A stretch of DNA of 64,000 nt, taken from assembly GCA_024102815.1 (NCBI GenBank), contig JAGFJJ010000068.1, positions 7,915 through 71,914 of the forward strand, given 5' to 3'. Source of the DNA: Phycisphaerae bacterium. GTDB taxonomy: Bacteria; Planctomycetota; Phycisphaerae; UBA1845. The notes beneath the pieces were generated by a model, which saw nothing but the letters and a program-made list of their open reading frames with translations, had not been told where the DNA came from and ran no database searches. This document shows positions 47,275 to 57,172 of this stretch, piece after piece (position 1 is the stretch's first letter; every line of letters begins with the position of its first letter). Made by a program: the position numbers and the translations under genes.

Positions 47275-48921
47275 CTACGAAGGGGTGGCGGGTGGTGGTT
47301 GGATCGCTTTCGTTGTTCCGTCTGCGAATTGAATGTCGACGGTACCGTTCGAAGTGATGGTCACGACTTGCCATTCAGGCGTGATGCGATATGTGGCGTC
47401 CAGCAGTGCTGCGCGAAGATGTTCGTCCGGTCCGACCATGTCGCGCCAGAATCGATCCAACTCCTGCTCAACCTGCTCCGCCTGTGTATCGTAGGTGTCG
47501 CCGTCTTCGCACCAGCCGCCAAGGTGATGCCAGATCTCCGAGGCCATCAGTCGTTCCCGAGCCTCGGGCGTCACGCATACCTTGTAGTTCGATGACCACT
47601 GGTTCTGTTCATCTCCGGGTAGCAGGCCCATGCACACCGGTGATTCAAACACCGAGCCGTCGCTCGTTCGCGCCGTAATGCGAATCGACTCGACACATAC
47701 GAGCCATTCGGACCACACCGAGTCCTCATGGAGGACCTTGCCGACCTGCACGCCCACGTTCTCGATTCTTCCTATCATTGCCCAAGAGTACCCGTCGTAG
47801 GCCTTTCGAATCTCGACCGGTACGAACGGCGTTTCATGTGAACCAAGCGCCGCCAACAGATGGACATTGGCCTCGTCTGAGTCTTCCTTCGCGCGGTCCG
47901 CGTCGAAGCGGTAGCAGCGTTGAAGCGGAAAGCCCTTTGGCACCTGAACCTCCACCGGCTCCGGTGGCTCATCGCTGGACAGCAGCCCGATCAAGTAGAC
48001 CGGCTTCGCCTCGGGCAGTTTGATGCCCAGTTCATGCGCCCGGAGATACTCTTTGTACGGCAGCTCGTGCTCACTTTGGCGTTCCACGAATCGAAAGGCC
48101 TCGAGCTCCAGCGCGGACTTGAGCAAATCGAGTGCCTCATTCTCGATCAGGCATGTCCGCGCCGGCAGCATCAGCCGGATGCCGGTCGGTTCGCCGGTCA
48201 GGTCCACCAGGTAGTGCAAGCGCTGCACGCTCACCGGATGATCGTCGAACGCAACGACCTGGCCGTGGAAGTTGACCAACACGTTGGTGCACATCCAGCG
48301 CTCGCGCTTCGCCGAGTGGTGCCACGGATTCAGCTGTTCCGACGGGCGCACTTCGATTCGGCAGCCGAGCTCCGAATGATGTGTCGCCGCGTCTGAAACG
48401 AAGGGCATACTCGGACACTGCCTGCTGTCCGCCGTCACACGCAGCCCGGTGAACACGGCGTTGCGGTCCACCGCGGCCGAATCCCATGGATCGTCACGAA
48501 ACTGAAGCACCGTGCCTCCGACGTGCTCAGGATCGTCGATAATCTCTATCGGAGTGCCGGTCCAGCCGTTCTCCCTGATTACGACCATTTTGCCGTTCGA
48601 CCGGATCGTCACCTCGCGCGGTGCCAGGCAGAAGATCCCGACCCCGGCAGGGTCCTCGCTCACATCGCAGTCATCGTCCCAGCCCGTGCCGCCCAGGTCG
48701 AGCAGCTTGGAGAAATCCCCGATTCCGTTCCCGTTGTCACGGACGGTCACGAGGCCGTCCTGGTTCGTGATGTGCACTTCGGTCGCGCCGGCGCGCCGCG
48801 CGTTCTGCAGAATCTCGATCACGCGGCCCTCCAGCGTTCCGTTGAACAGCCTGCTCGCCTTTTGGAGCAAACGTTCGTTAACTTTCGCTCGGATGGTCTT
48901 CATTTTCGTGTCCTCCGGCAT
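47275..48921 (-). CDS. GHKL (HATPase_c-type) ATPase-domain protein
   Basis: VIEILQNARRAGATEVHI...VTVRDNGNGI...LDLGGTGW (N, G1 and G2 boxes). Confidence 0.75.
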   Translation of the reverse strand: MPEDTKMKTIRAKVNERLLQKASRLFNGTLEGRVIEILQNARRAGATEVHITNQDGLVTVRDNGNGIGDFSKLLDLGGTGWDDDCDVSEDPAGVGIFCLAPREVTIRSNGKMVVIRENGWTGTPIEIIDDPEHVGGTVLQFRDDPWDSAAVDRNAVFTGLRVTADSRQCPSMPFVSDAATHHSELGCRIEVRPSEQLNPWHHSAKRERWMCTNVLVNFHGQVVAFDDHPVSVQRLHYLVDLTGEPTGIRLMLPARTCLIENEALDLLKSALELEAFRFVERQSEHELPYKEYLRAHELGIKLPEAKPVYLIGLLSSDEPPEPVEVQVPKGFPLQRCYRFDADRAKEDSDEANVHLLAALGSHETPFVPVEIRKAYDGYSWAMIGRIENVGVQVGKVLHEDSVWSEWLVCVESIRITARTSDGSVFESPVCMGLLPGDEQNQWSSNYKVCVTPEARERLMASEIWHHLGGWCEDGDTYDTQAEQVEQELDRFWRDMVGPDEHLRAALLDATYRITPEWQVVTITSNGTVDIQFADGTTKAIQPPPATPS

Positions 48922-49208
48922 GGTTGTTGATCAAGAGTCGCAGCGCCCATGCCTCGCGCCGCATCTCCGTCCGATGCAGGTTGCATCATCTCCAGATCCT
49001 CATCCTCCGTATTCGAGTCCAGGAACCGCATGTGGGCGTCCTCGTATTCGACTGGCCGGCCGATCCAATCGGTGCCTTCGCAGCTTGCGATCATCCGAAA
49101 GCAGCTGTTGTCGATCGGAAATGCACCGGGCTCGGCACCATCGACTACAATCTCGACACATCCGCCGCATTGGCGCATCCCGACGATGACTCCCGTGCAG
49201 CGCCTCAT
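48900..49208 (-). CDS. hypothetical protein
   Basis: ATG 49208 abuts the stop of 49205..49705. Overlaps the GHKL gene start by 22 bp. Confidence 0.4.
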   Translation of the reverse strand: MRRCTGVIVGMRQCGGCVEIVVDGAEPGAFPIDNSCFRMIASCEGTDWIGRPVEYEDAHMRFLDSNTEDEDLEMMQPASDGDAARGMGAATLDQQPCRRTRK

Positions 49209-49705
49209 CGGGACACCTCCACGCACCAAGCGCTAACGGAGCGGGCGAGAAGCGGTGCCCGTTCTTCAACAAGCTCAAGCAGCTTTTCCAGAAAACTGTG
49301 GTAGTTGACGTCTTCGAGATCCTCGAACAGCTTGCGGGTTGCCGCTGCCGTCCAACGCTTCGGCGAAATCGTGTACTCTGCCCACGCGTCGCGAAGCGCG
49401 TCGGTCTCAAGCCACTCGTCATCGAAGCCGTCACCGTCGCGGTCCCGGTATGCGAGTCGGTAGACCTCATGCGCCGCCATGCCGCCGAGGACCCGCCGAC
49501 AGAACTGGTCCGCGAGCCACATGATGCAGCCCTCGGAGGTCTCGCCTTCCTCTTCCCAGTCGTAGCTCGTTCCGTCATCTCGCTGGAGACGATGGACGAT
49601 CGGCGGGTTATACCGACACACAAAGTGCCAGCCCATGCCCAGCCGATGCTTCTCGACACTCATCTTTCGCGCTGTGCGCTCAATTCGTTCTGTTTTCGTT
49701 GACAT
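49205..49705 (-). CDS. hypothetical protein
   Basis: GGAGG 7 nt upstream of ATG 49705. 166 aa with ordinary composition. Confidence 0.5.
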   Translation of the reverse strand: MSTKTERIERTARKMSVEKHRLGMGWHFVCRYNPPIVHRLQRDDGTSYDWEEEGETSEGCIMWLADQFCRRVLGGMAAHEVYRLAYRDRDGDGFDDEWLETDALRDAWAEYTISPKRWTAAATRKLFEDLEDVNYHSFLEKLLELVEERAPLLARSVSAWCVEVSR

Positions 49706-50236
49706 AAGTCACCTCCACCTGGCCGTCTTTGATCTTCGCCAACGAGCACCAGGCACGGCCCGATCTGGTGCTCGTTGCTTACGTTTAGGCACTATGAGTT
49801 CACCACCGTCATGCGGTGCTCTACCGATCCCAATCGCAACCTCTGCCCGGTTCAAAGTGGCACAATCCACCAGAGGGCAGGCTTTTGAGAGAGGATTGGG
49901 CCATCGCCGCGGGACCTGATGCGCGAGGCCTTGTTAAAACTCTCGACATGCGTTGGGGCGTGATCGGCCTTGCACCGAAAACCCGGTCAACTCGGCCGAC
50001 TGGCGTTTACCACGGGTGGTTGTAGCGTGAACGGCGCCTCCGAGACCGCCTTCTTCGGCGCTTTCGCTTCGGCAATCTCGGAGGGTATTTCCCTTTACAA
50101 TTCGACCGGCCGTCAAACGGCGCCCACGGCAGACGTTTCTCGACGACAACGATCAGAACCACCCACTTTTCGACAATTCGCAGCATCCTTGTAGCCCCAC
50201 AGAAGGGGCACCACGCGTGTTTTCGATAGCAGAGCA

Positions 50237-50992
50237 TCAACCAGCGCTCCTTTCTGATTCACGGTCGGCAAAGAGCTCCGGTGCGATTTCGGAGAGCGTC
50301 TTCGGCTCCCAGTACAGGTCCCGTTCAATGGGAAGTCCCATCGGGCCACGCGCCGACTCGAGCTCTGACAGGCTGAAGTAGCCAAGCTCCTTCTCGAATC
50401 CACACGCCAGTCCGAAGAATGTGTCCTCGCCATCATATTCCACGCCGTACCATGTCCATCCAGAATCCGGCGTGAAGAACTTCACGTACGCAACTGCATG
50501 GCCCCCCTTGCCGTCCTGGGCATAGAGCGGCGGGAGCCGGCGGCGCAGCGCTTTGGTTAGGAGTTTCATCCCTCGGACGACCGTGGCGTCCTTCCTGAGG
50601 TCGTTCGGCACCGGCGGCGCCGGTACCGCTGGAATGAACTTCACCTGATTCGCCTCGGGCATCAGAACAACGCGCTCGTTGCGGTCGCTGAGCCACTCGA
50701 TGTACGGGTACGGCGTGTATGACTCCGGCGCAAGGCCCGCCGTCATGTTCCCGGTGAGTCCCGTCTGCTGCAGCGCAAACCCCTCCATCTGATCCTCTGC
50801 TTCCATGGCTGTTCCTTCGTAACACCCTGAGAGGACGAGCTTGCCGCCCCGAACGTCGCGATCGAAGTCGCCCTCCAGGTCTACGGTCACGGTTTCTTCC
50901 AGGCCCGCAAACCGCAGCCAGCCTATGACTCTGCCAGGTCTGGTGTTGTCCAATTCGCCTTCAAGCAAATACTTCATAGGTCTCCATGTCAT
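50237..50992 (-). CDS. DUF2958-domain protein
   Basis: LPPLYAQDGKGGHAVAYVKFFTPDSGWTWYGVEYDGEDTFFGLACGFEKELGYFSLSELE. ATG 50992 is preceded by GGAGG. Confidence 0.8.
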   Translation of the reverse strand: MTWRPMKYLLEGELDNTRPGRVIGWLRFAGLEETVTVDLEGDFDRDVRGGKLVLSGCYEGTAMEAEDQMEGFALQQTGLTGNMTAGLAPESYTPYPYIEWLSDRNERVVLMPEANQVKFIPAVPAPPVPNDLRKDATVVRGMKLLTKALRRRLPPLYAQDGKGGHAVAYVKFFTPDSGWTWYGVEYDGEDTFFGLACGFEKELGYFSLSELESARGPMGLPIERDLYWEPKTLSEIAPELFADRESERSAG

Positions 50993-51450
50993 GTTGACAC
51001 CTCCGATTTGTGCTCTCGATGGCACGTCTCGCGCGCCTGACGTGCCATCTGCCGTTAATCTCTCTATGCGCGCAAACGAAGAGCCCCGAACGCCGGGACC
51101 CTGTCTCGTCGTGTGTTTGATGCAGCCGCTTCTCTAAATCCGCGGGGCCGAATGCAGTTACTCGTCGGTAATTGTGCGTCCGAAGGGCGTGATAGAATCA
51201 GCTAATGCGATCGTGGGCTGGCTGTTCGCCAATCCCTCCTTCTCGTCGAGGATCCGCTTCGTGATGGCCGTTCGGGCGATGCCCCGGTTCTGTCACGTGC
51301 TGAGTGATCCTCGGGCAAGGCCCGCGAGTGTCGCGGGTTGACCCTACCCATGCGCCTGTGCGCTTGTGAGGATTATTAAGTAGTGCCATGGAAATGCGTT
51401 GGCATTCATAAGTCTTTCGGTATCGTTGCCCAAGCGTTTATAGATATACA

Positions 51451-51846
51451 TCAGAAACGCCGCGTCCGGATATTCCTTGGCGCCGAGATTTCCCTGGTCT
51501 TCCAATTCTCATCGCGTTTCACCAACACATCCGGCCTGGGCTCAGACGAGATCGCGGGCAGCGTAAAGTAGCAGAGCTCACGGATCTTCCGCTCCACAAT
51601 GCCGAAGAAGAATGTCCCGTCGAACTCGGCCACGTACCAGACAGTTCCGCTGTAGGCGTCGAAGAACCTGGCACGTGCCTCGATGCGACCGTCGCTCATG
51701 TTGTGCAATCCATACAGTGGCGGGAGCTCCTCGCGGAGATCCGCTACGACCGTGGGGTCGAGCGCGGCGTAGCTGTCCCCCCGGCGCCACGGCGTTGGGT
51801 CGCCTCCGACACCGGAACTTCGCTCCTGGCGCCCTTCGGTAATCAA
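51451..51846 (-). CDS. DUF2958-domain protein (second, shorter paralogue)
   Basis: LPPLYGLHNMSDGRIEARARFFDAYSGTVWYVAEFDGTFFFGIVERKIRELCYFTL. Start unclear (TTG in the track). Confidence 0.6.
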   Translation of the reverse strand: MITEGRQERSSGVGGDPTPWRRGDSYAALDPTVVADLREELPPLYGLHNMSDGRIEARARFFDAYSGTVWYVAEFDGTFFFGIVERKIRELCYFTLPAISSEPRPDVLVKRDENWKTREISAPRNIRTRRF

Positions 51847-52008
51847 CCGGGGCCGAGATTATGCATGCCCTTCATTTACTAAATTCGCTTTCATTTCCTT
51901 GTTCATTGCGTTCACCTCCATGTTGTGCCTGTTGATGGCACGGCGCGGATCATAGACGTGCCATCAAGTGACAGATCTTACCCTCATCGCGGCCCCATAG
52001 GCTCGACG

Positions 52009-52428
52009 TCAACGAGCCAGCAAACCCGCAATGAGCTCTTCCTTGCGGCGGTGTCCGGGCGAGGTTTCACGACGCCAGTGTTCGATCCGGTCCGCGAGCG
52101 AACGCAGGCCCGTGCTCATGCGGCTCGAGAGTTTCCAGCCTTCCTGCCCTCCGTAGCGGCTGTTCATCCACGTAACCCGCTCGATCAGACCCAACCGGGC
52201 AAGCTTCGCTCGTGTACGATCCAGTGTGCGGCGGGAGACGCCGTGCCGCTCTTGGAGTTCCTGAAGCGTGGAGACAGGCCCGCCGGCAGCCTTCAGGGCC
52301 AGCAGAATCCTTGCCGCCGCATGCTGCTGATTGCGATTCCCGGGGAATAGGATCTCGACCAGGTCGACCACGTCGCCGATCTTCTTTGCCCTTCGATGCC
52401 GGAAGTCGATCTTCGTAGGCTCGGTCAT
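52009..52428 (-). CDS. winged-helix transcriptional regulator-like protein
   Basis: Internal ATG 52428 (MTEPTKIDF...). STLQELQERHGVSRRTLDRTRAKLARLGLIERV. 4-bp overlap with the upstream gene. Confidence 0.5.
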   Translation of the reverse strand: MTEPTKIDFRHRRAKKIGDVVDLVEILFPGNRNQQHAAARILLALKAAGGPVSTLQELQERHGVSRRTLDRTRAKLARLGLIERVTWMNSRYGGQEGWKLSSRMSTGLRSLADRIEHWRRETSPGHRRKEELIAGLLAR

Positions 52429-52817
52429 TCTTGACCACCCGGCGCGCGCCCCTCGCCCCCTGCGCTTTCGCGCACCGCATCTCCACCGACAAACCGGGGC
52501 TCGCCAAGCTCCTGCCGCAGGACATGCCGCTCCCTGCTGATGCGAACGGCATGCTCGCGAAGATGCGTGCCGAACGTCGTTTCGATCAAGAGGATGCTCT
52601 CGAACGCGGCAACGTAGGCATCGTTGAACACGCGATGAAATCGCCAACGGACACCCTGCCGTGACATCCGGAATGTCTTGAAGATCTTCTCGCCGTACGT
52701 CCCGCGGAGGATCATGTAGCTGGGCTTGTGGCGCTTCAGCTCAACGGACAGGTCTCGGGATTCCATGAGCCGCCGTAGTGCGTACAGGAACTCACGATCC
52801 TTCTCTGTCAGCTTCAT
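52425..52817 (-). CDS. hypothetical protein
   Basis: 130-aa ORF with ordinary composition, lying within a coupled gene run. Confidence 0.45.
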   Translation of the reverse strand: MKLTEKDREFLYALRRLMESRDLSVELKRHKPSYMILRGTYGEKIFKTFRMSRQGVRWRFHRVFNDAYVAAFESILLIETTFGTHLREHAVRISRERHVLRQELGEPRFVGGDAVRESAGGEGRAPGGQE

Positions 52818-53541
52818 CTTTCCTCATCACCACGATACCGCGCGCATAGCGCGTGATTTCGATCAGCCCGAAGTGGGCCATGAATATGATGGCGATAGAC
52901 CGCCATACGCGGTCCAACCGCGCGTTTTCTTCCAAGGGCGGCAGATCATCGAAGTACACTTCGATCGGCCCGATATGTGCCTCCAAGTGCGCCTGGTAGC
53001 GGCTCAAGTCGAACCCCTTGGCCAACGGAAGCCACGCAGCCATTTGGGGACTGCCAACGAGACCGTCGAGCGCCTCCACCAGCCCCGGCACCGCGTGCAA
53101 TTCCACGGCCGGCGGCGCGACCGCCCCGGACCGGCCATCCGCGATCACGGGACGCGCTCGTACCGGCTGCTGCCTCTTGCGCTCGCGAGACTCGGCCATG
53201 CGCCGCCGGAAGTACTCCCGGTCGAAGGGGAGCGTGTCGAAAACGAATTGAGAGTGCACCTCGGCGCTACAGCGCCGACATCGATAGCGTCGGATCCTCA
53301 GGTGCGGGCTTCCCCCGCACGCTACGCACGACTGGAAGGCCACCGTCGGGTCAAACGCCTGGCCGCACGACAGACACCGGCAGCGGCTTTCGTCCGTCAT
53401 CGTGACCTGACCGGAGCATCCTGGGCAGACTCGTCCTGACAGCATCACCTCGTAGTAGAAGCGCCGAGCGTGGGCCACAAACAGCTTCACCGTGTCTTCC
53501 AGATGGAAGGCCAGGTGGATGATACTCATCTCCTGCCTCAT
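52792..53541 (-). CDS. multi-zinc-ribbon protein
   Basis: ATG 53541 forms an ATGA overlap with the upstream stop. CPGC...CLSC...CVAC...CRRC. Confidence 0.5.
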   Translation of the reverse strand: MRQEMSIIHLAFHLEDTVKLFVAHARRFYYEVMLSGRVCPGCSGQVTMTDESRCRCLSCGQAFDPTVAFQSCVACGGSPHLRIRRYRCRRCSAEVHSQFVFDTLPFDREYFRRRMAESRERKRQQPVRARPVIADGRSGAVAPPAVELHAVPGLVEALDGLVGSPQMAAWLPLAKGFDLSRYQAHLEAHIGPIEVYFDDLPPLEENARLDRVWRSIAIIFMAHFGLIEITRYARGIVVMRKDEADREGS

Positions 53542-53777
53542 GGTCCCGGCGATGTGGGCCCACCGGCGTCCACCAACCCCTGCTCTTCCGCAACGTGTTC
53601 CGTACTCGGTTCCATAACTTCCTCCACGTCTACTTCTCGCTGGTGCTTCGGCGTAAACCTCCGGCGACAGATGCAACAGCGCCGGATCTTCCGCGCCCCA
53701 AGCGTTTTCGTGTTTCGCGAGCCCTTACTCCTCGTGTCCGTAGATCCACAGTACGGGCACTTGTGTCGTCTTCCCAT
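53538..53777 (-). CDS. small zinc-ribbon protein (IS1/IS1595 transposase N-terminal-like)
   Basis: KCPYCGSTDTRSKG...RRCCICRRRFTP. No transposase catalytic body follows. Confidence 0.45.
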   Translation of the reverse strand: MGRRHKCPYCGSTDTRSKGSRNTKTLGARKIRRCCICRRRFTPKHQREVDVEEVMEPSTEHVAEEQGLVDAGGPTSPGP

Positions 53778-54005
53778 CGTTGTTCACCTCACGGGACCGG
53801 AAAGACGCGTGAGCATATAAACCTTCGTCACCACCGTCCTGTGGTGGTCTCGCCGCGGACTCGCCGAGTTCAACAGTCGTTCGTGGCAGCCTGATCCATG
53901 CGACGGGTCGCGCGCCCCACGGTCCTTCCGCCCCGGACCCAAAAGCGAAACACATATAAACAACACCGTATTCACTACCCATAAGAAGTAACCGGAGGTG
54001 AGCCC

Positions 54006-54605
54006 ATGAACTTCGATTCCGCCAAGCACCCGCTGGCACCCATTGATCACGGCACCAGATATCATTACTCATACGGCCGCAAGCATGCATACGGCAACCC
54101 GGCAGCCGGTATGATCTACGGACCCGGCGCCGCTCGGTACGGCACACGCTCATTCTCGCGGAATGGCGCTCCTGCTCGATTGGACGATGGACCCCAAACC
54201 GTTGAACAACTGGTCGAGCAGGGCTATTTCGCGGCCCCAAAAGTGGAAGCCGAAATGGCGATTCTTCACGACAAGAAACACACCTCATGGCTCGGCCTCG
54301 ACGACATCCTTACGCAGGTCCGCCACCGCAGGCATATCTATGAGAAGAACATGACCGATATCGAATGGGCGAAGTGCTATGCCTTCAACGAATTGGTCCG
54401 TGGGGGCGGGACCCCGTCCGACGAACGATACGGTGTGTACAAGCGGCGTCTCCAGGACTTGCACGCGGAACAGCGCGCGGAACGTGCAGCCCTCTGGCGG
54501 GACGTATCGAGACTGCGACAGCAACTTCCGGAATCGGCCCAGCAGTATCTGTCGGCATCGCGCAAGCTCGACATCATCGGCGACACGGATGGTGATGCAC
54601 CATGA
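54006..54605 (+). CDS. hypothetical protein
   Basis: GGAGG 7 nt upstream. ATGA overlap with the following ATPase gene. Confidence 0.5.
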   Translation: MNFDSAKHPLAPIDHGTRYHYSYGRKHAYGNPAAGMIYGPGAARYGTRSFSRNGAPARLDDGPQTVEQLVEQGYFAAPKVEAEMAILHDKKHTSWLGLDDILTQVRHRRHIYEKNMTDIEWAKCYAFNELVRGGGTPSDERYGVYKRRLQDLHAEQRAERAALWRDVSRLRQQLPESAQQYLSASRKLDIIGDTDGDAP

Positions 54606-56719
54606 TGACTCGCGTCCAGGAATTGTGCCGCAAGCTCAAACCGATTCTTGGCAAGAAGATCGACCGCCTGTGGTCGGTCTATCTCGCCGAGTCGGACGCG
54701 AGCGGCAAGGCCGACATCGAGCAGGCGCTTGAACTGCTCGCCGCCAGGCACCTCAATCAGGATTACCAGCCGGACCGGGCGCCGTTTCCGCCGCCGGGCC
54801 GGGCGTTTGCCCAATCCGGTGACATTCAGCTCGGCGCCATGACCTATGGCAACCGGAGCTTGCATCCGTTTTTCCTCAAAAGCGATCGGCTCAAAGAGCA
54901 CATCCTGGTGGCCGGCAGGAGCGGATCGGGTAAGACGAATCTCACATTCGTACTCATGAAGGGCATCATGGCCCGGGGCATCAAAGTCCTCGCCATCGAT
55001 TGGAAGCGGGGGTATAGGGACCTTCTCTCCGTTCAGCATGACCTCCGCGTGTATACGATGGGCCGCGACGTCGCACCGTTTCGATTCAATCCGCTGATCC
55101 CGCCCCCAGGCTGCGAGCCCAACGTCTGGATCAAGCTCATTGTTGACGTCATCGCCTCCGCCTACCTGGGAGGCGAGGGCGTCATCAGCCTGCTGGTCGC
55201 CGGACTCGACCAGCTCTTCACCGACGCCGGCGTGTTCACATGTTCGGTCACGCGATGGCCGACGATTCATGACCTTCTCGCCTGGCTGCGAACCGTGAAG
55301 CTCAAGGGACGAGCCGCCATGTGGCAGGCCTCGGCCGAGAGAATCCTGCTGGGCATGACTTACGGCGAGTTCGGCGCCGTTGTCAACACGCAGGACAACG
55401 GCCACGTCCGCGATCTACTGAATCACAACGTCGTGCTCGAAATGGACGGACTGTCGAGCAACTCCGACCGGACCATGTTCTCCGAAGCGCTGACGCTGTA
55501 TTTATATCGATACCGCCTTGCCAGAGGCCCCCAGCTGAGGCTCACGAATCTGATCATCCTGGAAGAAGCGCACAACCTTCTCCTGCACAAAGGCGCCGAC
55601 GCCCGCGAATCCGTACTGGAGAATTCGATTCGAATGATCCGCCAGTACGGCATGGGCTACGTCTTCGTTGATCAGTCCGCTTCCCTGCTGAGCAAAGTCG
55701 CGTTCGCCAATTCCTACGCCACGATCGCCCTGAGCCAGAAGCTCCAGGGTGACATCCGGGCCATTGCATCGGCCATGAACCTTACGGACGAACAGAAGCA
55801 AGCCCTAAGCACGCTCCCCATCGGAACCGCGGTTGTTCGCTTGGCGGACGAACACCCCGAACCCTTTCTGGTACGGGTCCCGCGCTTTCCTGTTGACGAA
55901 GGCTCGGTATCGGATGCGCAAGTCCGAGAGCGAATGGCTGGTTGTACCGCCGATTCCGAGGCCCAACGTTCGCCGATGGAGCATTCGAGAGAGATACCAC
56001 CTCTTCCTCCTCCGGACAGGAATACTCCTGAAGATCAGAATACCCACCCACCATCCCCCATAGAATCACGGATGACCGAGGCCGATCAGGCCTCGTCCTG
56101 TGATTCTCAACCTGAGCCACCCAGACTTCAGGATGCGATGTCCCGCGAAGAGCTTCGCTTCCTGGCCGACGTCGCCACCAGGCCGCTGTCCACCACCGTC
56201 TCGCGCTACCAGCGACTCAACCTGTCCCGTCGGAAGGGCAATGCCATTCGGCAAGATCTCGCCAAGGCGGGCATCATTCAGGCCGTGCCCATCGCCACCC
56301 GCTCCGGCCAGGTTGTCCTGTACGAGCTCTCCGATCTTGGCAGATCCGTTTGCGCGGATGTTGGGATTGACGCTGGACCCTCGCCGCGCGCCAGCCTCGA
56401 ACATCGGTATTGGGTCCGCAAAGTCTCCGAGCACTTCGAGAACGAGGGTTACGGTATCACGCGCGAGTACGCCATAAAGGGTGACGGTGCCGTTGACATC
56501 GTTGCAGAGCGCCCTGGCGAGCGACTGGCGATAGAAGTAGAGACCGGCAAGTCCGACATCAAAGCGAACGTTCTCAAGACTCAGAAAGCCGGATTCGATA
56601 GAATTGTCTTGATCGCGACATCGCCGTCGGCGGTGGGCGCATGCCAGAAAGCCGTCGACGACGTCGACGTGGATCAGCGCGACCCAATCCAGCTTCTTAC
56701 CTGGCTTGATGTATCGTGA
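54602..56719 (+). CDS. HerA/FtsK-superfamily (DUF87/AAA_10-like) ATPase fused to wHTH and PD-(D/E)xK nuclease-like C-terminus
   Basis: HILVAGRSGSGKTNLTFVLM. LIILEEAHNLL. YGMGYVFVDQSASLLSKVAFANSYATIALSQK. C-terminal GDGAVDIVAERPGERLAIEVETGKSD. Paralogous to 10452..13232. Confidence 0.85.
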   Translation: MMTRVQELCRKLKPILGKKIDRLWSVYLAESDASGKADIEQALELLAARHLNQDYQPDRAPFPPPGRAFAQSGDIQLGAMTYGNRSLHPFFLKSDRLKEHILVAGRSGSGKTNLTFVLMKGIMARGIKVLAIDWKRGYRDLLSVQHDLRVYTMGRDVAPFRFNPLIPPPGCEPNVWIKLIVDVIASAYLGGEGVISLLVAGLDQLFTDAGVFTCSVTRWPTIHDLLAWLRTVKLKGRAAMWQASAERILLGMTYGEFGAVVNTQDNGHVRDLLNHNVVLEMDGLSSNSDRTMFSEALTLYLYRYRLARGPQLRLTNLIILEEAHNLLLHKGADARESVLENSIRMIRQYGMGYVFVDQSASLLSKVAFANSYATIALSQKLQGDIRAIASAMNLTDEQKQALSTLPIGTAVVRLADEHPEPFLVRVPRFPVDEGSVSDAQVRERMAGCTADSEAQRSPMEHSREIPPLPPPDRNTPEDQNTHPPSPIESRMTEADQASSCDSQPEPPRLQDAMSREELRFLADVATRPLSTTVSRYQRLNLSRRKGNAIRQDLAKAGIIQAVPIATRSGQVVLYELSDLGRSVCADVGIDAGPSPRASLEHRYWVRKVSEHFENEGYGITREYAIKGDGAVDIVAERPGERLAIEVETGKSDIKANVLKTQKAGFDRIVLIATSPSAVGACQKAVDDVDVDQRDPIQLLTWLDVS

Positions 56720-56746
56720 GGCATTCTTGTTTCGCGGTGTCCGGCC

Positions 56747-57172
56747 TCAGCAGTACCATCCGCCGTACTGCGTCGGCATTCCGTGTGCTTCCTTTGGGAT
56801 ATTCCCATACATATGACCCATCGACGGATGTCGCTCGCAACGCGTGAACGGTTCCCGTGCGAAGATCTCATCCAGCGTCCGGTAGACGTCGATCGCCCGC
56901 CGGAGCATATCCTCCTCATCGTTCGGCCGCCCGTGGGCGAACGTGCCCAAGTACATGTTTCGCCCATTGCGCCGGTAACCTTGATCGACCGCACAAGGCC
57001 TGTGCGCCGCATCCACCGGAGGGATGATGCCCAGGAGAATCTCCGGGTGCCGGCATACGTAGGCGACACCATAGCGATCGAGCATTCGGCCGGCACGCAC
57101 GTATGCCGCGTGACTCGTGTCGGGACTGTCAGACGATGCGGCCCGGCGATCCCAGGGGGCGCCGTCCCTCAT
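56747..57172 (-). CDS. hypothetical protein
   Basis: 4-bp overlap with the upstream membrane-protein gene. No family recognised. Confidence 0.4.
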   Translation of the reverse strand: MRDGAPWDRRAASSDSPDTSHAAYVRAGRMLDRYGVAYVCRHPEILLGIIPPVDAAHRPCAVDQGYRRNGRNMYLGTFAHGRPNDEEDMLRRAIDVYRTLDEIFAREPFTRCERHPSMGHMYGNIPKEAHGMPTQYGGWYC

